A stretch of 63,973 bases of DNA, counting the filler, from Reclinomonas americana ATCC 50394 (taxonomy: Eukaryota), in the NCBI GenBank assembly GCA_048213135.1. It is 21 parts of 21 records of this genome, joined end to end, with 100 filler letters (N's around TTAATTAATTAA, not from the genome) between each part and the next. Parts side by side here need not be neighbours in the genome. Positions count along the whole stretch, not along the records: positions 17,568 to 20,613 come from AFZH01019634.1; positions 20,714 to 22,109 come from AFZH01019635.1; positions 22,210 to 27,565 come from AFZH01019636.1; positions 27,666 to 30,147 come from AFZH01019637.1; 17 more parts are not named here. The stretch is one strand, 5' to 3'. Position numbers and translations under genes: made by a program. The notes beneath the pieces are model-generated. The model searched no databases and was not told the origin of the DNA. It worked only from the letters and a program-made list of their open reading frames with translations. Positions 18,942-29,197 of this stretch are shown here, piece after piece; positions within the stretch are counted from its first letter, which is position 1; every line of letters begins with the position of its first letter.

Positions 18942-19754
18942 ATGACGACAACGACCCTCGGCCATCCGCGAGGCCGCCCGGCCAGGATGGACCAGGCGCG
19001 AGCGGTTCTGCTGACCCGGGTTGGCATCATCCTGGCGCTCTTGGCGATCTGGGAGGTGACGGCGCGCTCGGGGCTGCTCTATCGCGATGTCGTGCCGTCG
19101 ATGCTGCTCATCATGCGGGCGCTCGCCCATCTCCTGGTCGAGCCGACCTTCTATGCCAATCTCGGCGTCACAGCCGGCGAGGTCGCGCTGGCGATCCTCA
19201 TCGGCGGCGGCGCCGGAGTCGCCGTCGGCATCCTGCTCGGCAGCAACCGCTTCCTGCAGCGCGCCTATGAGCCGCTGCTGCACTATCTCGGACCGACCCC
19301 GAAGATCATCTTCTTCCCGCTGCTGATCATGTGGTTCGGCGTCGGGCCGGGCTCCAAGGTCGCGATGGGAGCGCTGTCCTCGTTCTTTCCGGTCGCGATC
19401 AGTGTCGCCGCGGCGATGCGCGAGATCGACACCGTGCTGATCCGGGTCGGCCTCAGCTTCCGGCTCAATGTCGGCCAGATGATCTCCAAGATCTACCTGC
19501 CGGCAATGCGCGCACCGGTCATCAACGGGCTGCGCATCGGGCTCGGCGTCGCCATCATCGGCACGCTGCTGGCCGAGACCAAACTCGCCAATCAGGGGCT
19601 CGGCTACGCCGTGATCCAGACCTACGCGACCTTCGACATGCCGCGCATGTATGCCCTGCTGATCGTCGTCTTCCTCCTGGCCGTCGGCGTGAATGTGGTG
19701 CTCGGACGCTACACCGAGCTGCGCAGCGCCAGGCGCCCCTCGGATGCGCACTGA
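18942..19754 (+). CDS. NitT/TauC-family ABC permease
   Basis: PKIIFFPLLIMWFGVG, KIYLPA, GLRIG, AE...QGLG. Confidence 0.88.
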   Translation: MTTTTLGHPRGRPARMDQARAVLLTRVGIILALLAIWEVTARSGLLYRDVVPSMLLIMRALAHLLVEPTFYANLGVTAGEVALAILIGGGAGVAVGILLGSNRFLQRAYEPLLHYLGPTPKIIFFPLLIMWFGVGPGSKVAMGALSSFFPVAISVAAAMREIDTVLIRVGLSFRLNVGQMISKIYLPAMRAPVINGLRIGLGVAIIGTLLAETKLANQGLGYAVIQTYATFDMPRMYALLIVVFLLAVGVNVVLGRYTELRSARRPSDAH

Positions 19755-20770
19755 ACCTGCCGGCGGGACGATCCCGGCCACGAAGCAGCAGGCGGGCGTC
19801 CCACGCGCAGCCTATTGGCTGGCGATGCTTCCGCCATTGTTCTGGTCGGGCAATTTCCTGATAGCGCGGCTGATGCGCGAAGCCATTCCGCCCGTGCAGA
19901 TGTCGTTCTGGCGCTGGAGTCTGGCCCTTCTCATCCTTGTGCCGTTCTGCTGGCGGCCGATCGCCAGCTCCTGGCCGCGCATCCGCAGCAACCTGCCGTT
20001 CCTCGCACTGCTCGGCGCGATCGGCGTGACCGCTTTCAACTGCTTCGTCTATGCGGCGCTGCGCTACACGCCGGTCGCCAATGCGGCACTGGTCAACTCC
20101 CTCCTCCCCGTCGTCACCTTCACACTCGCCTATCTGATCCTGAAGCAGGGCCTGACGCAGCGACAGTTTGCCGGGATCGCGCTCTCGCTCTGCGGCGCGG
20201 TTCTGGTGATCTGCCGCGGGGACCCGCGGATGCTTCTGAGCGTCGCGCTCAACCGGGGCGACATTCTGGTCTTCGCCGGCATGAGCTGCTGGGCGCTGTA
20301 CACCGTGCTGATCCGCTGGCGACCGGCGGGCCTGCCGCCGATGGCATTTCTCGGCATGACCGTGTTCTTCGGCGTCCTGTTCCATTTGCCGGCAGTCGCC
20401 TGGGAATACGCAGCGCAAGGCGGCTTCCGGCTCACCATGGCGACCGCCGGCGCGCTGATCTATTTCGCGGTCTTCCCCTCGATCCTTGCCTATATCTTCT
20501 GGAACCGCTCGGTTACGGCGCTCGGCCCCGGCAGGACGGGGATGTTCATGCACCTCCTGCCGCCGACCAGCGCGGTGCTGGGCTTCATCGTGCTCGGCGA
20601 GCAGATCGCCTGGNNNNNNNNNNNNNNNNNNNNNNNNNNNNNNNNNNNNNNNNNNNNTTAATTAATTAANNNNNNNNNNNNNNNNNNNNNNNNNNNNNNN
20701 NNNNNNNNNNNNNTTCGCCATCATCGTTCTCGGCATCTGGCTGGTGACGTCAGCACCCCGCAAGGCGTAA
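19744..20770 (+). CDS. DMT/EamA transporter, spanning gap 20614-20713
   Basis: FWSGNF, RW, RGD, HLLP; final helix FAIIVLGIWLVTSAPRKA* lies after the gap. Confidence 0.85.
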
Positions 20771-20832
20771 GCCAAGACGCCCGGTGCTCTCGGTATCGGG
20801 GCGCGGCGCCTCCGGACGAGCCCTTTTCCGTC

Positions 20833-21078
20833 TCAGCGACGGCTGCCGGAAAGTCGGCCCTGATGCCCACTGGACAGGAAACGCATGAAGGCTGGCGGGA
20901 TCTCGATATAGCCGAGAGCTTCCTGGCGGATATCGAAATCCGCGATTGCCTCAGTCAGCATCTCGAACTCCCGCTCGCCATCGGAGCCCCTCGAGGACGA
21001 GATCAGCTGTGCAGCTCGCAGCACAGCCGCTTTCCGCTGTTCATAAGACGAGATCACTACGGCGTCGGCGTTGGGCAT
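20833..21078 (-). CDS. Small hypothetical protein (81 aa)
   Basis: GAGG RBS and ATG; helical, charged sequence; function not recognisable. Confidence 0.5.
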   Translation of the reverse strand: MPNADAVVISSYEQRKAAVLRAAQLISSSRGSDGEREFEMLTEAIADFDIRQEALGYIEIPPAFMRFLSSGHQGRLSGSRR

Positions 21079-21153
21079 GACACTACCTCATCGCTACGCA
21101 ACTCACATCCGCTACGCTAGCGGCCCGACCGCTGAAATGCGAGTCGCGTATGC

Positions 21154-21311
21154 GCCGACAGCGTTAGAAGCGTCGTCGTTGCTGAGGTGATGAAATCCTG
21201 ATCCAGTCTTCCTTGGACGGACGACGGCGCGATGCTAGGCGGGTGGCAGATGGCGCAAGGGCGCTGTTTCACGAACTCAGTCTCGAGCGCCCTCTCCCCA
21301 CCGATCACTGG
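21154..21311 (+). mobile_element. Degenerate IS1182-like left end and transposase N-terminal remnant
   Basis: MLGGWQMAQ then, frameshifted, ALFHELSLERPLPTDH, resembling the MMG..Q.ALFYEFSLE.HVP.DH start of IS1182-type transposases. Confidence 0.6.
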
Positions 21312-21322
21312 GGCCGATTCAT

Positions 21323-22109
21323 TCAGGGTCTGTATCGCTCAACCATCTCGACGATCCGGCGTGCAGCATCCAGCGCTGCGCTCCGGTCCTGCGAGAAGTT
21401 CAAGCGGATGCTGCAGGGATGTGGGCCAAATTCGGTTCCCGGCGTGACGATGACGTTGGCCTGCTGGCGCAGCAGGCGGGTGAAATCGAGCGGTGGGACA
21501 CGCAAGGCCGGCAAGGTTGGGAACAGGTAGCTTCCGGCCTGCGGGCGGCGGTTCGGAAAGCCGGCCGCGGCAAAAACCGCCAGGAGTTCGTCGCGAATGC
21601 CCTGATGCTCGCCCACCCTGCGCGCCATCCAGCCTGCAGGCTCGGCGAACCAGGAACGTAGTACCGCCTGATTGTAGCCCGCCGCCCGCAGCGAGACGAT
21701 CGCCTGGAGCTTCTCCATCCGGTCGATGATCGCCGGCGCGCCGAAGGCGACGCCGAGGCGGTAGCCGCTGAGCGACTCGGTCTTGGACGGGCCCATGATC
21801 GTCACGCATTGCTCGTCGGGAAGGCCGCTGGCGCGGATATGCGTGTAGCTTTCGCCGTCATAGCGCAGACGGGAGTAGAGCTGGTCGGCAATAACCGTGA
21901 CGCCGTAGCGCTTCGCCAGATCCGCGATCCGTCCGATCTCGCGCTGCGAGTAGACCGCTCCGGTCGGGTTGTTGGGGTTGGAGAAGACGAAGACCTTCGC
22001 GCCGGCCACGAAGGCTGCCTCCAGCGCCGACAGATCGAGACCAGCCCCGTCACCGCCACCGAGATAGTCCATCGCGATCGGTACGACCTCGCCGCCGAAG
22101 AACTGCACC
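21323..22109 (-). CDS. PLP-dependent aminotransferase class I/II (5'-truncated)
   Basis: SNPNNPTG, DQLY, SKTESLSGYRLG, PGTEFG, IRLNF. Confidence 0.9.
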
Positions 22110-22209
22110 NNNNNNNNNNNNNNNNNNNNNNNNNNNNNNNNNNNNNNNNNNNNTTAATTAATTAANNNNNNNNNNNNNNNNNNNNNNNNNNNNNNNNNNN
22201 NNNNNNNNN

Positions 22210-22665
22210 GGCGATGCGCTGCTGCTGCCCGCCCGAGAGCTGCGCCGGATAGGACGCTTCCTTGTCGGCGAGACCGACACGTCGGAGCAGGCTGCGCGCC
22301 TTCTCCTGGGCTTCGTCGCGGCTGCGCTTGAGCACGTGGATCTGCGCCAGGCAGACATTCTCCAGCACCGTGAGGTGCGGGTAGAGCTCGAAGTGCTGGA
22401 ACACCATACCCACCCGCGCCCGGACCCTCGCGGCTGCCGCGGGCTTCGAAGGGAGGTTCTCGCCATCGATCGCGATGCGGCCTGCCTGGACCGGCTCGAT
22501 CCCGTTGATGCATTTGACGAAAGTGCTCTTGCCCGAGCCCGACGGCCCGCAAATCACCACGACTTCGCCGCGCGCGACGTCGAGGCTGCAGTTCCGCAGG
22601 ACCGCGACGTCGCCATAGCTCTTGGACAGTCCTTCGATTCTTATCATCTCGACCATGTCGTTCAT
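22210..22665 (-). CDS. Polar amino-acid ABC ATPase (truncated)
   Basis: GPSGSGKST, GMVFQHFELYPH, LSGGQQQR. Confidence 0.92.
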
Positions 22666-22704
22666 GCTGGCCCGCGGTTGCGAGGGAATGGGGCGCCGGC
22701 GACG

Positions 22705-23367
22705 CTAATGCGCACGCTGCCGGTCGCTGCTCAGGCGCTGCGCCAGGGTGCCGCCGGCGGTGCAGAGAGCGAGGTAGACGAGCGCCGCGAACACATAGAG
22801 CTCGACGATGCGGTTCTGGGTGTTCGCGACGATGCTGGCCGAGGTCATGAAGTCGTGGAGGGACACGACATAGACCAGCGACGTATCCTGGAAGAGCACG
22901 ACGCCCTGCGTGACCATCAGCGGCGCCATCTTGCGCAGCGCCTGCGGCAGCACGACGAGCCGGACCGCTTGGAGATAGGTCATGCCGGAGGCCTGCGCTG
23001 CCTGCCACTGCCCCGGCCGGACGCTCTTCAGGCCGGCCCGAATGATCTCGGAATAATAGGCCCCCTCGAACATGACGAAGGCGATCAGCACCGAGTAGAG
23101 CGCGCCGACCGGCCGACCGAGCAGGAGCGGCACCAGGAAGTAGAACCAGAAGATCACGAGAATCAGCGGCACGGCCCTGAAGCCGTTCACATAGAGCGCA
23201 GCGAGCAGTGCCAGGACACGGAAGCGCGAGAGGCGGACGATGGCGATGACCAGGCCGAGCGCCAGGCCACCGATCATGGCGATTGCGGTCAGCCCGAGGC
23301 TGAGGCCGAGCCCCTTCGCCAGCAAGGGCAGAGCATCGAGAATGACGGAGATGTCGAAGCCGGACAT
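22705..23367 (-). CDS. Amino-acid ABC permease (GltK-like)
   Basis: FRAVPL, AYYSEIIRAG, LPQA, LFQDTSL. Confidence 0.9.
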   Translation of the reverse strand: MSGFDISVILDALPLLAKGLGLSLGLTAIAMIGGLALGLVIAIVRLSRFRVLALLAALYVNGFRAVPLILVIFWFYFLVPLLLGRPVGALYSVLIAFVMFEGAYYSEIIRAGLKSVRPGQWQAAQASGMTYLQAVRLVVLPQALRKMAPLMVTQGVVLFQDTSLVYVVSLHDFMTSASIVANTQNRIVELYVFAALVYLALCTAGGTLAQRLSSDRQRAH

Positions 23368-23370
23368 TGC

Positions 23371-24087
23371 TCATCCTCTCGCGGTTCGACCGGGGATCGA
23401 GACCTTGCGTTCGATGACGGTCATTAGCGTCGTCACCATCAGGGCGATCGTCATGTAGACGACGGTCGCGGCGGTGAAGGCCTCGAAGCCCTGATAGGTG
23501 AAGCTCTGGATCTGCTGGGTCTGCGCCGTCAGCTCGTAGACGCCGATGGTCAGCGCGATGGAGGAGTTCTTGAAGATCGTCAGGAATTCCGAGGTCATCG
23601 GCGGTATGACGATCCTGAAGGCCTGGGGCAGCAGGACGAACCGATAGGCCTGTATTGTGGAAAGCCCCGAGGCGCGCGCCGCCATCGACTGGCCGCGGGA
23701 CACGGCGGCGATGCCGGCGGCAACCTGGACCGCAACGCGCGAGGCGGTGAACAATCCCAGCGCCACGATCGCCGTCACGACTTCGGGATGGGGCAGCTCG
23801 CGCTTCAGCCATATCCCCGCGGCCTTCGGCAGCAGCTCGGGCACGACGAAGAACCAGAGGAACATCTGCAGGAGCAGCGGCACGTTCCGGAACAGATTGA
23901 TGTACGAGCCGGTGGCGAGGCGCACCACGCCTGAGGCGCCGCTGTGGAAGACGCCGATCAGCGTCCCCAGGCTGAGCGCGATGACCCAGGCTGCGACCGA
24001 GACCGCCAGCGTCATGGCGATGCCCTGGCCTAGCCATCCCAGATAGGGGGACTGGAAGAGGACGCCCCAGTTCCATGCGTAGTTCAT
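23371..24087 (-). CDS. Amino-acid ABC permease (GltJ-like)
   Basis: MNYAWNW, FRNVPLLLQMF, IPPMTSEFL.IFKNSS. Confidence 0.9.
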   Translation of the reverse strand: MNYAWNWGVLFQSPYLGWLGQGIAMTLAVSVAAWVIALSLGTLIGVFHSGASGVVRLATGSYINLFRNVPLLLQMFLWFFVVPELLPKAAGIWLKRELPHPEVVTAIVALGLFTASRVAVQVAAGIAAVSRGQSMAARASGLSTIQAYRFVLLPQAFRIVIPPMTSEFLTIFKNSSIALTIGVYELTAQTQQIQSFTYQGFEAFTAATVVYMTIALMVTTLMTVIERKVSIPGRTARG

Positions 24088-24130
24088 GGCGTGCTCTTCC
24101 CCGCCCTGCCCCCGAAACTCCCGCCCCGCT

Positions 24131-25018
24131 TCACTCGGGAATCCCGATGATCTGGAAAGTGGTCGCCAGCGGCGCCGAAAGCGGCACGCCCAGTGGCTCG
24201 AACCAGGTTCCGTAGACCTTGGCGAGCTCGCCATCGCGCGCGAGCCGGGCGAGCGTCGCATTCACCAGCGACAGGAACACCGTGCTGTTCTTCTGAACGA
24301 GGAAGCCATAGCTGTCGTAGGAGAGCGGCTGGCCGACAACCTCGTAGTCGGCGGGCGACGGCGCCTTGCTGCGAAGGCCGAACAGGAGAATGTCGTCGGT
24401 CGAGAAGGCATCGACGCGATCGGTGGACAGGGCAAGGAAGCCCTCCGAATTGTCGCGCACCGGAACGATCCGGATATTGAGCTTGTCGCGCTCGACAAGG
24501 GATTTGATCAGGCGCTCGGGGACCGAGTTGATCGGCAGGGCGATCGACTTGCCCTTGAGGTCGGCGAGCTCGGCGATGCCGGACTTCGACTTCACCAGGA
24601 GCCGCGTCGAGGAGATGAAGAAGGGGCTTGAAAAGTCCACCTGGGCCTGGCGCCCGATCGTGTTCACCGCCGACTCGCAGGAAATGTCGACGGTGCCGTT
24701 CGCGACCAGCGGGATGCGATTCTGCAGGTTGACCGGCACCCATTTGATCTCGAGATCGGACAGGCCGAGCGCCGTTTTCACGGTCGCCGCGACTTTGATG
24801 CAAAGATCGGTCGAATAGCCGGTCGGCTTCCCCTGCGCATCGATATAGGAGAAGGGAATTGAGGCCTCGCGATAGCCGATCGAGATCGACTTCTTCGCCT
24901 TGATCCTGTCGATCACGGCGTCCGCCGCTTGCGCTCGCGCCGCCGATACCACTCCCAGTGCCAGGCTGACGCCGATGGCGGCCAGCCCCAAGATCCTGCC
25001 CTTCATGTCCTGCTCCAT
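24131..25018 (-). CDS. Amino-acid ABC substrate-binding protein (GltI-like)
   Basis: GYREASIPFSY, GYSTDLC, NRIPLVANGTVDI.C, DDILL. Confidence 0.9.
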   Translation of the reverse strand: MEQDMKGRILGLAAIGVSLALGVVSAARAQAADAVIDRIKAKKSISIGYREASIPFSYIDAQGKPTGYSTDLCIKVAATVKTALGLSDLEIKWVPVNLQNRIPLVANGTVDISCESAVNTIGRQAQVDFSSPFFISSTRLLVKSKSGIAELADLKGKSIALPINSVPERLIKSLVERDKLNIRIVPVRDNSEGFLALSTDRVDAFSTDDILLFGLRSKAPSPADYEVVGQPLSYDSYGFLVQKNSTVFLSLVNATLARLARDGELAKVYGTWFEPLGVPLSAPLATTFQIIGIPE

Positions 25019-25043
25019 TGTCGTTGTCGGTTGATCGCAAGCT

Positions 25044-25748
25044 TCAGGCGATGGCTTCGAGCAGCTCCGCGAGGCTCGACACCGTCAGGTCCGGCCGGGC
25101 CTCGGCCGCCCCCTCCCCGGACAGCCCAAGCAGGCGGTTCGGCCGGTTGATCCAGGCCGATTTGAGCCCGAGCCTGTTGGCGGGCGTGATGTCGGCGCGA
25201 AGGCTCTGGCCGACATGGAGGACGCGCTGCCGCGGGATCCCGACTGCGTCGAGATCGGCCAGTGCCGTGGCGAAATGCTCGTCACTGGGCTTGTAGGCGC
25301 CGACGCGCTCGGCCGTGACGATGATGTCGAAACGGATGCTCATCTTGGCGCAGGACGAGGCGAGCGAGGCGTTGTCGATGTTCGACAGCGCCCCGATCCT
25401 GGCGCGCGCCTGCAGCGCCTTCAATCCAGCCTCCGTGTCGGCATAGGCCGGCCAATCGTGCGGCGTCCGCGAGAAGGCCTCACGCCAGGCGGGATCGACC
25501 GCGACGCCGTAATCGGCCGAGATCCTGTCGAAGCAGCGGCGCAGGACATCGGGATAGAGATGGGCCGGGCGCTCCTTCTGGATCGCGGCGCGGGCACGGT
25601 CGAAGGACATGATCAGCTCGTCGCCGCTCGCGGTCACCCGCTGCTCCTGCGCCCAGGCCTGCAGAAAGGCGACGATCGACGGCTCCCAATCGATCAGGGT
25701 GCCATAGACGTCGAAGGTGACGGCGTCGAAGTCGGACAAGCGAAGCAT
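25044..25748 (-). CDS. HAD hydrolase (haloacid dehalogenase type II-like)
   Basis: FDVYGTLIDWE, LSNID, YKP, LHVGQS..ADI.PA. Confidence 0.88.
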   Translation of the reverse strand: MLRLSDFDAVTFDVYGTLIDWEPSIVAFLQAWAQEQRVTASGDELIMSFDRARAAIQKERPAHLYPDVLRRCFDRISADYGVAVDPAWREAFSRTPHDWPAYADTEAGLKALQARARIGALSNIDNASLASSCAKMSIRFDIIVTAERVGAYKPSDEHFATALADLDAVGIPRQRVLHVGQSLRADITPANRLGLKSAWINRPNRLLGLSGEGAAEARPDLTVSSLAELLEAIA

Positions 25749-25778
25749 TGGAAAACCGTTCCGTTCAAGCTGGAATGA

Positions 25779-25797
25779 ATTAGCGATAATCGCTAAT
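25779..25797. promoter_or_regulatory. Perfect palindrome, putative GntR operator
   Basis: ATTAGCGAT-A-ATCGCTAAT between the divergent HAD and gntR starts. Confidence 0.65.
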
Positions 25798-25961
25798 ATG
25801 AAAACCGTCAACTCCCCACAACTCGGCTGCGCACCAGGGAGCTTCTGGGTGTATCCCGCCCTGCTGCGCCGATTGACTTATGAAAGCAGCTCGCTGAAAA
25901 GGAGGGCAATTGACGCCTTCAAATCGCTAATCACGCACAGGGCGGACATCGTTTGGACCCT

Positions 25962-26627
25962 ATGAGAATCGTGGATCCGGCCTCGCGCCGGGACAGCCGG
26001 TCGGCCGCAGCGGTCGTCGCCGACGATCTACGCGCCGCCATCCTCCGCAACCGGCTGCCGGGCGGCGAGCGGCTGCGGCAGGACGCCATCGCCACGCAGT
26101 TCGGCGTGAGCCAGATGATCGTACGCGAGGCCTTCAAGCAGCTCGTCGGCGAGGGCTTCCTGACGGCCGAGCCGCGTCGCGGCGTCGCCGTCGCCGTGAT
26201 GAGTCGCGACGAGGCCTGGGAAATCAGCCAGTTGCGCGCGATCCTGGAATGCCAGGCCCTGCGCTGGGCGATCCCCAACATGGTGCGCGCCAATTTTCTT
26301 GCCGCTGCAAAGGTGCTCGACGAGCTCGACACTGCCACAGCCGTCGACGCCAAGATCCTGCTGAACGGCCGCTTCCACCAGATCCTCTATGCGCCGGCGA
26401 GGCGTCCGCGCACGCTGGAGATGATCGAGACACTGCGGATGAACTTCGAGCGCTATCTGCGCTACACTTGGGAGCAAACGCATCATCTCGAGCAGTCCCA
26501 AGCCGAGCATCGCAGCATTCTGACGCTCTGCGAGATGCGCGACGTCGAGCGGGCCTGCGACCTCCTGCGCAAGCACGTTCTCGCCACGGGCGACCTGCTC
26601 GTCGACAGCCTTACGCCGAAGGCCTAG
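25962..26627 (+). CDS. GntR/FCD regulator
   Basis: LRAAIL...GERLRQDAIA..FGVS...VREAF..L..EG; FH..LY; EH..IL. Confidence 0.9.
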   Translation: MRIVDPASRRDSRSAAAVVADDLRAAILRNRLPGGERLRQDAIATQFGVSQMIVREAFKQLVGEGFLTAEPRRGVAVAVMSRDEAWEISQLRAILECQALRWAIPNMVRANFLAAAKVLDELDTATAVDAKILLNGRFHQILYAPARRPRTLEMIETLRMNFERYLRYTWEQTHHLEQSQAEHRSILTLCEMRDVERACDLLRKHVLATGDLLVDSLTPKA

Positions 26628-26676
26628 CGCCGCCTGCCGGGGAAGCGCCAGCCATGCGTGCTTCATGCGTAATCAT

Positions 26677-26695
26677 ATTATCGTTAATCGCTAGA
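26677..26695. promoter_or_regulatory. Second copy of the putative GntR operator
   Basis: ATTATCGTTAATCGCTAGA, 15/19 identical to the 25779 palindrome, upstream of the dehydrogenase. Confidence 0.55.
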
Positions 26696-26750
26696 ATCAG
26701 AGCGCCGCTGGCCGGACCGCTCTGCTAAATCCGGGACAGGGAAGAGGCAC

Positions 26751-27521
26751 ATGAACTACCAGCGGGTCGGGCTCATCGGAGCAGGCGTCATCGGCCAGGC
26801 GATCTTCGACGCTATCGTCACCCAGAATCTCGCTGCAGTGGACTACGTGCTGGTCGACGAGCACTTCGCGCCACCTGCCGACGCAACGCGCCTGCGCGAA
26901 CATCTCACCACCGACATTCGGCGCGCGCTCACCGCCCCCACGGATCTGGTGATCGAGGCGGCTCATCCCGATGTCGTCGCCCGGTTGGGTGCTGACCTGC
27001 TCGCGAAGGGTGATCTCTGCGCCTTCAGCGTATCGGCGCTCGCCGACGCCGCAGTGGAAACCGTCGTCAGGCGCGCTGCTGAGGACGCAGGCACCCATCT
27101 GCTGGTGCCGCATGGAGCGGTTCTCGCGCTCGACGGGCTCAGCGACGGCCGCGACGCGATCGACCAGGTGATCGTAACCACGACGAAGAACGGAGCTAAC
27201 CTGGGCGCGGACCCCAGCGCCCGAGGCGTGCTCTTCGAGGGTTCGACACGGGACGCCTGCGCCCGGTTTCCGCGCAATGTGAACGTGCATGCGGCCCTCG
27301 CGATCGCCGGGATCGGCTTCGATCGGACGCGCAGCATCGTCGTGGCCAATCCCGACACGCGCCAGATGCACCATCGCATCCAGGTCTTCGGCCAGGGCTT
27401 CGAATGGGATATCTCGGTCCGCTCGACCGCACTCGGCGGCGTGTCCGGGGCCTATACACCAAGGTCGGCGGTCGGATCGATCCAACGCATCTTTGGCTTC
27501 CATCCCGTCGCGGCTTGTTGA
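26751..27521 (+). CDS. Aspartate dehydrogenase-like (NadX/DUF108) protein
   Basis: GAGVIG, VIEAAH, SVSALAD, GA...LD, FEGSTRDAC.RFPRNVNV.AA, H.I. Confidence 0.85.
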   Translation: MNYQRVGLIGAGVIGQAIFDAIVTQNLAAVDYVLVDEHFAPPADATRLREHLTTDIRRALTAPTDLVIEAAHPDVVARLGADLLAKGDLCAFSVSALADAAVETVVRRAAEDAGTHLLVPHGAVLALDGLSDGRDAIDQVIVTTTKNGANLGADPSARGVLFEGSTRDACARFPRNVNVHAALAIAGIGFDRTRSIVVANPDTRQMHHRIQVFGQGFEWDISVRSTALGGVSGAYTPRSAVGSIQRIFGFHPVAAC

Positions 27522-27665
27522 TGCTCAATCGCCAAGCTCTCGCGATGGAGCATGTGTGGCCTCAANNNNNNNNNNNNNNNNNNNNNNNNNNNNNNNNNNN
27601 NNNNNNNNNTTAATTAATTAANNNNNNNNNNNNNNNNNNNNNNNNNNNNNNNNNNNNNNNNNNNN

Positions 27666-27878
27666 CGGAGCTGCAGCCTCGGCGAGATCGGCGATCAAGG
27701 GCGAAGCCGCGAGGTCTCTCGCCTGCAGATCGGCCACGGCCGCATGAGCGGCCACTGCGTCCCGGTCATGGATGATCGCATGCGCGCCGGCTTCGGCGAG
27801 CCGCGTCGCGATCGCCAGCCCGATGCCGCGCGCCGCACCGGTGACGAGGGCGACGCGCCCCGAAAGTTGGCCCGCCAT
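27666..27878 (-). CDS. SDR oxidoreductase (truncated)
   Basis: VALVTGAARGIG. Confidence 0.85.
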
Positions 27879-29167
27879 CAGCCGAGCAGCGGCTTCACGC
27901 GGGCGACGGCATCGTCCATCGCCTGCTGCGGCGGCTTGCGGCCGAGCACGGCGGCCTGCGTCTCCTCGACGAAGATGTCATGGGCACGGGCCTGCTCGTC
28001 GAAGGCCGGCAAGTGGATGCGCGAGACCTTCAATGCCGCGGCCTCGTCGGCGGCATAAGGCATCGCCGCCTTCAGTTTCTCGTCGGCATAGGTCGAGATC
28101 CGGGTCGGGCCGTTGCCGTTGAGCGCCATCGCCGTGGTCCCGGCCCTCGACGACAGGGCGCGGATGAATTCCCAGGCAAGCGGCTTCTGCTTGGCGTTCT
28201 TCGGGATCATCAGCGACCAGAACTCGACCGTCGGCGCGAAGGCGAGCTTGCCGGAAAGATCAGCGGCCATCGGCGGCAGCAGCGACTTGAAGCGCCCGCC
28301 ATATTTGCCCTTGGCCGGATCATTGTAGGAGACCAGCCGGGCGAACGGGTTGATGGTCATCGCCGCCCTGCCCTGCTGCATCCAGGTGGTGATCTCCTCA
28401 TTGTTCACCGTGGCGAAGTTCCGCGGCAGCACGCCGGTTTTGTAGAGATCGGCGAGGATGGTCAGCGCCTTGACCATGGCCGGCTCGCTGGCGGTGAGCT
28501 TGCCGTCGGCGGTCATGTAGTCGCCGCCGAGGCAGCGCGAAAACGTCAGGAAGTTCGAGGCGAAGACGGCAGTGAAGGCGAGGCCATGAACCTGCGTGCC
28601 GTCCTCACGCTTGAAGGTGAGTTTGCGGGCGGTCTCGACCAGTTCCTCGAAGGTTGCCGGCAGCTTGCTGATGCCGCGCTCCTCCAGCAGTGCCTCATTG
28701 TAGATCAGCGCATTGGTGGCGTGGCGGACCGGGATGCCGTGAAGGGCGCCATCGACCTTGAGCGGGCCGATCAGCCCCGGTGCGAAATCGTCGAAAGCCT
28801 CGATCGGCGCCTCCTTGATGAACGCATCGAGCGGCTCGAACAACTTGAGATTGCGCGGCACGGCGCGGCCATTGACCAAATAGGCGACGTCGATCGACGT
28901 CTCGGCCAGCGATGCCTCGCGCAATAAGCGCTCATGCACGGCGTTGACGTCGCCGAAGGTGACCCAGTTCAGGTTCGCTCCGCTCGCCTTGCGGAAGGCC
29001 TCGGTCGCATCGCCGCCAGGCCCTGTCGTGGCGGCAGTCTGGTGCACGCGATGGCCGAGGGCTGTGAGTGTCTTCGCCTGTGCGAAGACACGACCGGGCA
29101 GGACAGATTTGGCCACGGCCGCACCGGCGAGAGCGCCCAAGCGGCGGCGCGAGATCGGAAAGGTCAT
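27878..29167 (-). CDS. Sugar ABC substrate-binding protein (family 1) with Tat-like signal
   Basis: SRRRLG twin-arginine leader; YNEALL; AWEFI; QQAMD. Confidence 0.85.
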   Translation of the reverse strand: MTFPISRRRLGALAGAAVAKSVLPGRVFAQAKTLTALGHRVHQTAATTGPGGDATEAFRKASGANLNWVTFGDVNAVHERLLREASLAETSIDVAYLVNGRAVPRNLKLFEPLDAFIKEAPIEAFDDFAPGLIGPLKVDGALHGIPVRHATNALIYNEALLEERGISKLPATFEELVETARKLTFKREDGTQVHGLAFTAVFASNFLTFSRCLGGDYMTADGKLTASEPAMVKALTILADLYKTGVLPRNFATVNNEEITTWMQQGRAAMTINPFARLVSYNDPAKGKYGGRFKSLLPPMAADLSGKLAFAPTVEFWSLMIPKNAKQKPLAWEFIRALSSRAGTTAMALNGNGPTRISTYADEKLKAAMPYAADEAAALKVSRIHLPAFDEQARAHDIFVEETQAAVLGRKPPQQAMDDAVARVKPLLG

Positions 29168-29197
29168 GACATATCCTCCGGGCTCTCGTGCCGCCGG

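Noticed and set aside
17826..24076. Long antisense or alternate-frame ORFs (e.g. 651 aa and 640 aa)
   Set aside because: Shadows of real genes, expected in high-GC DNA with biased third positions.
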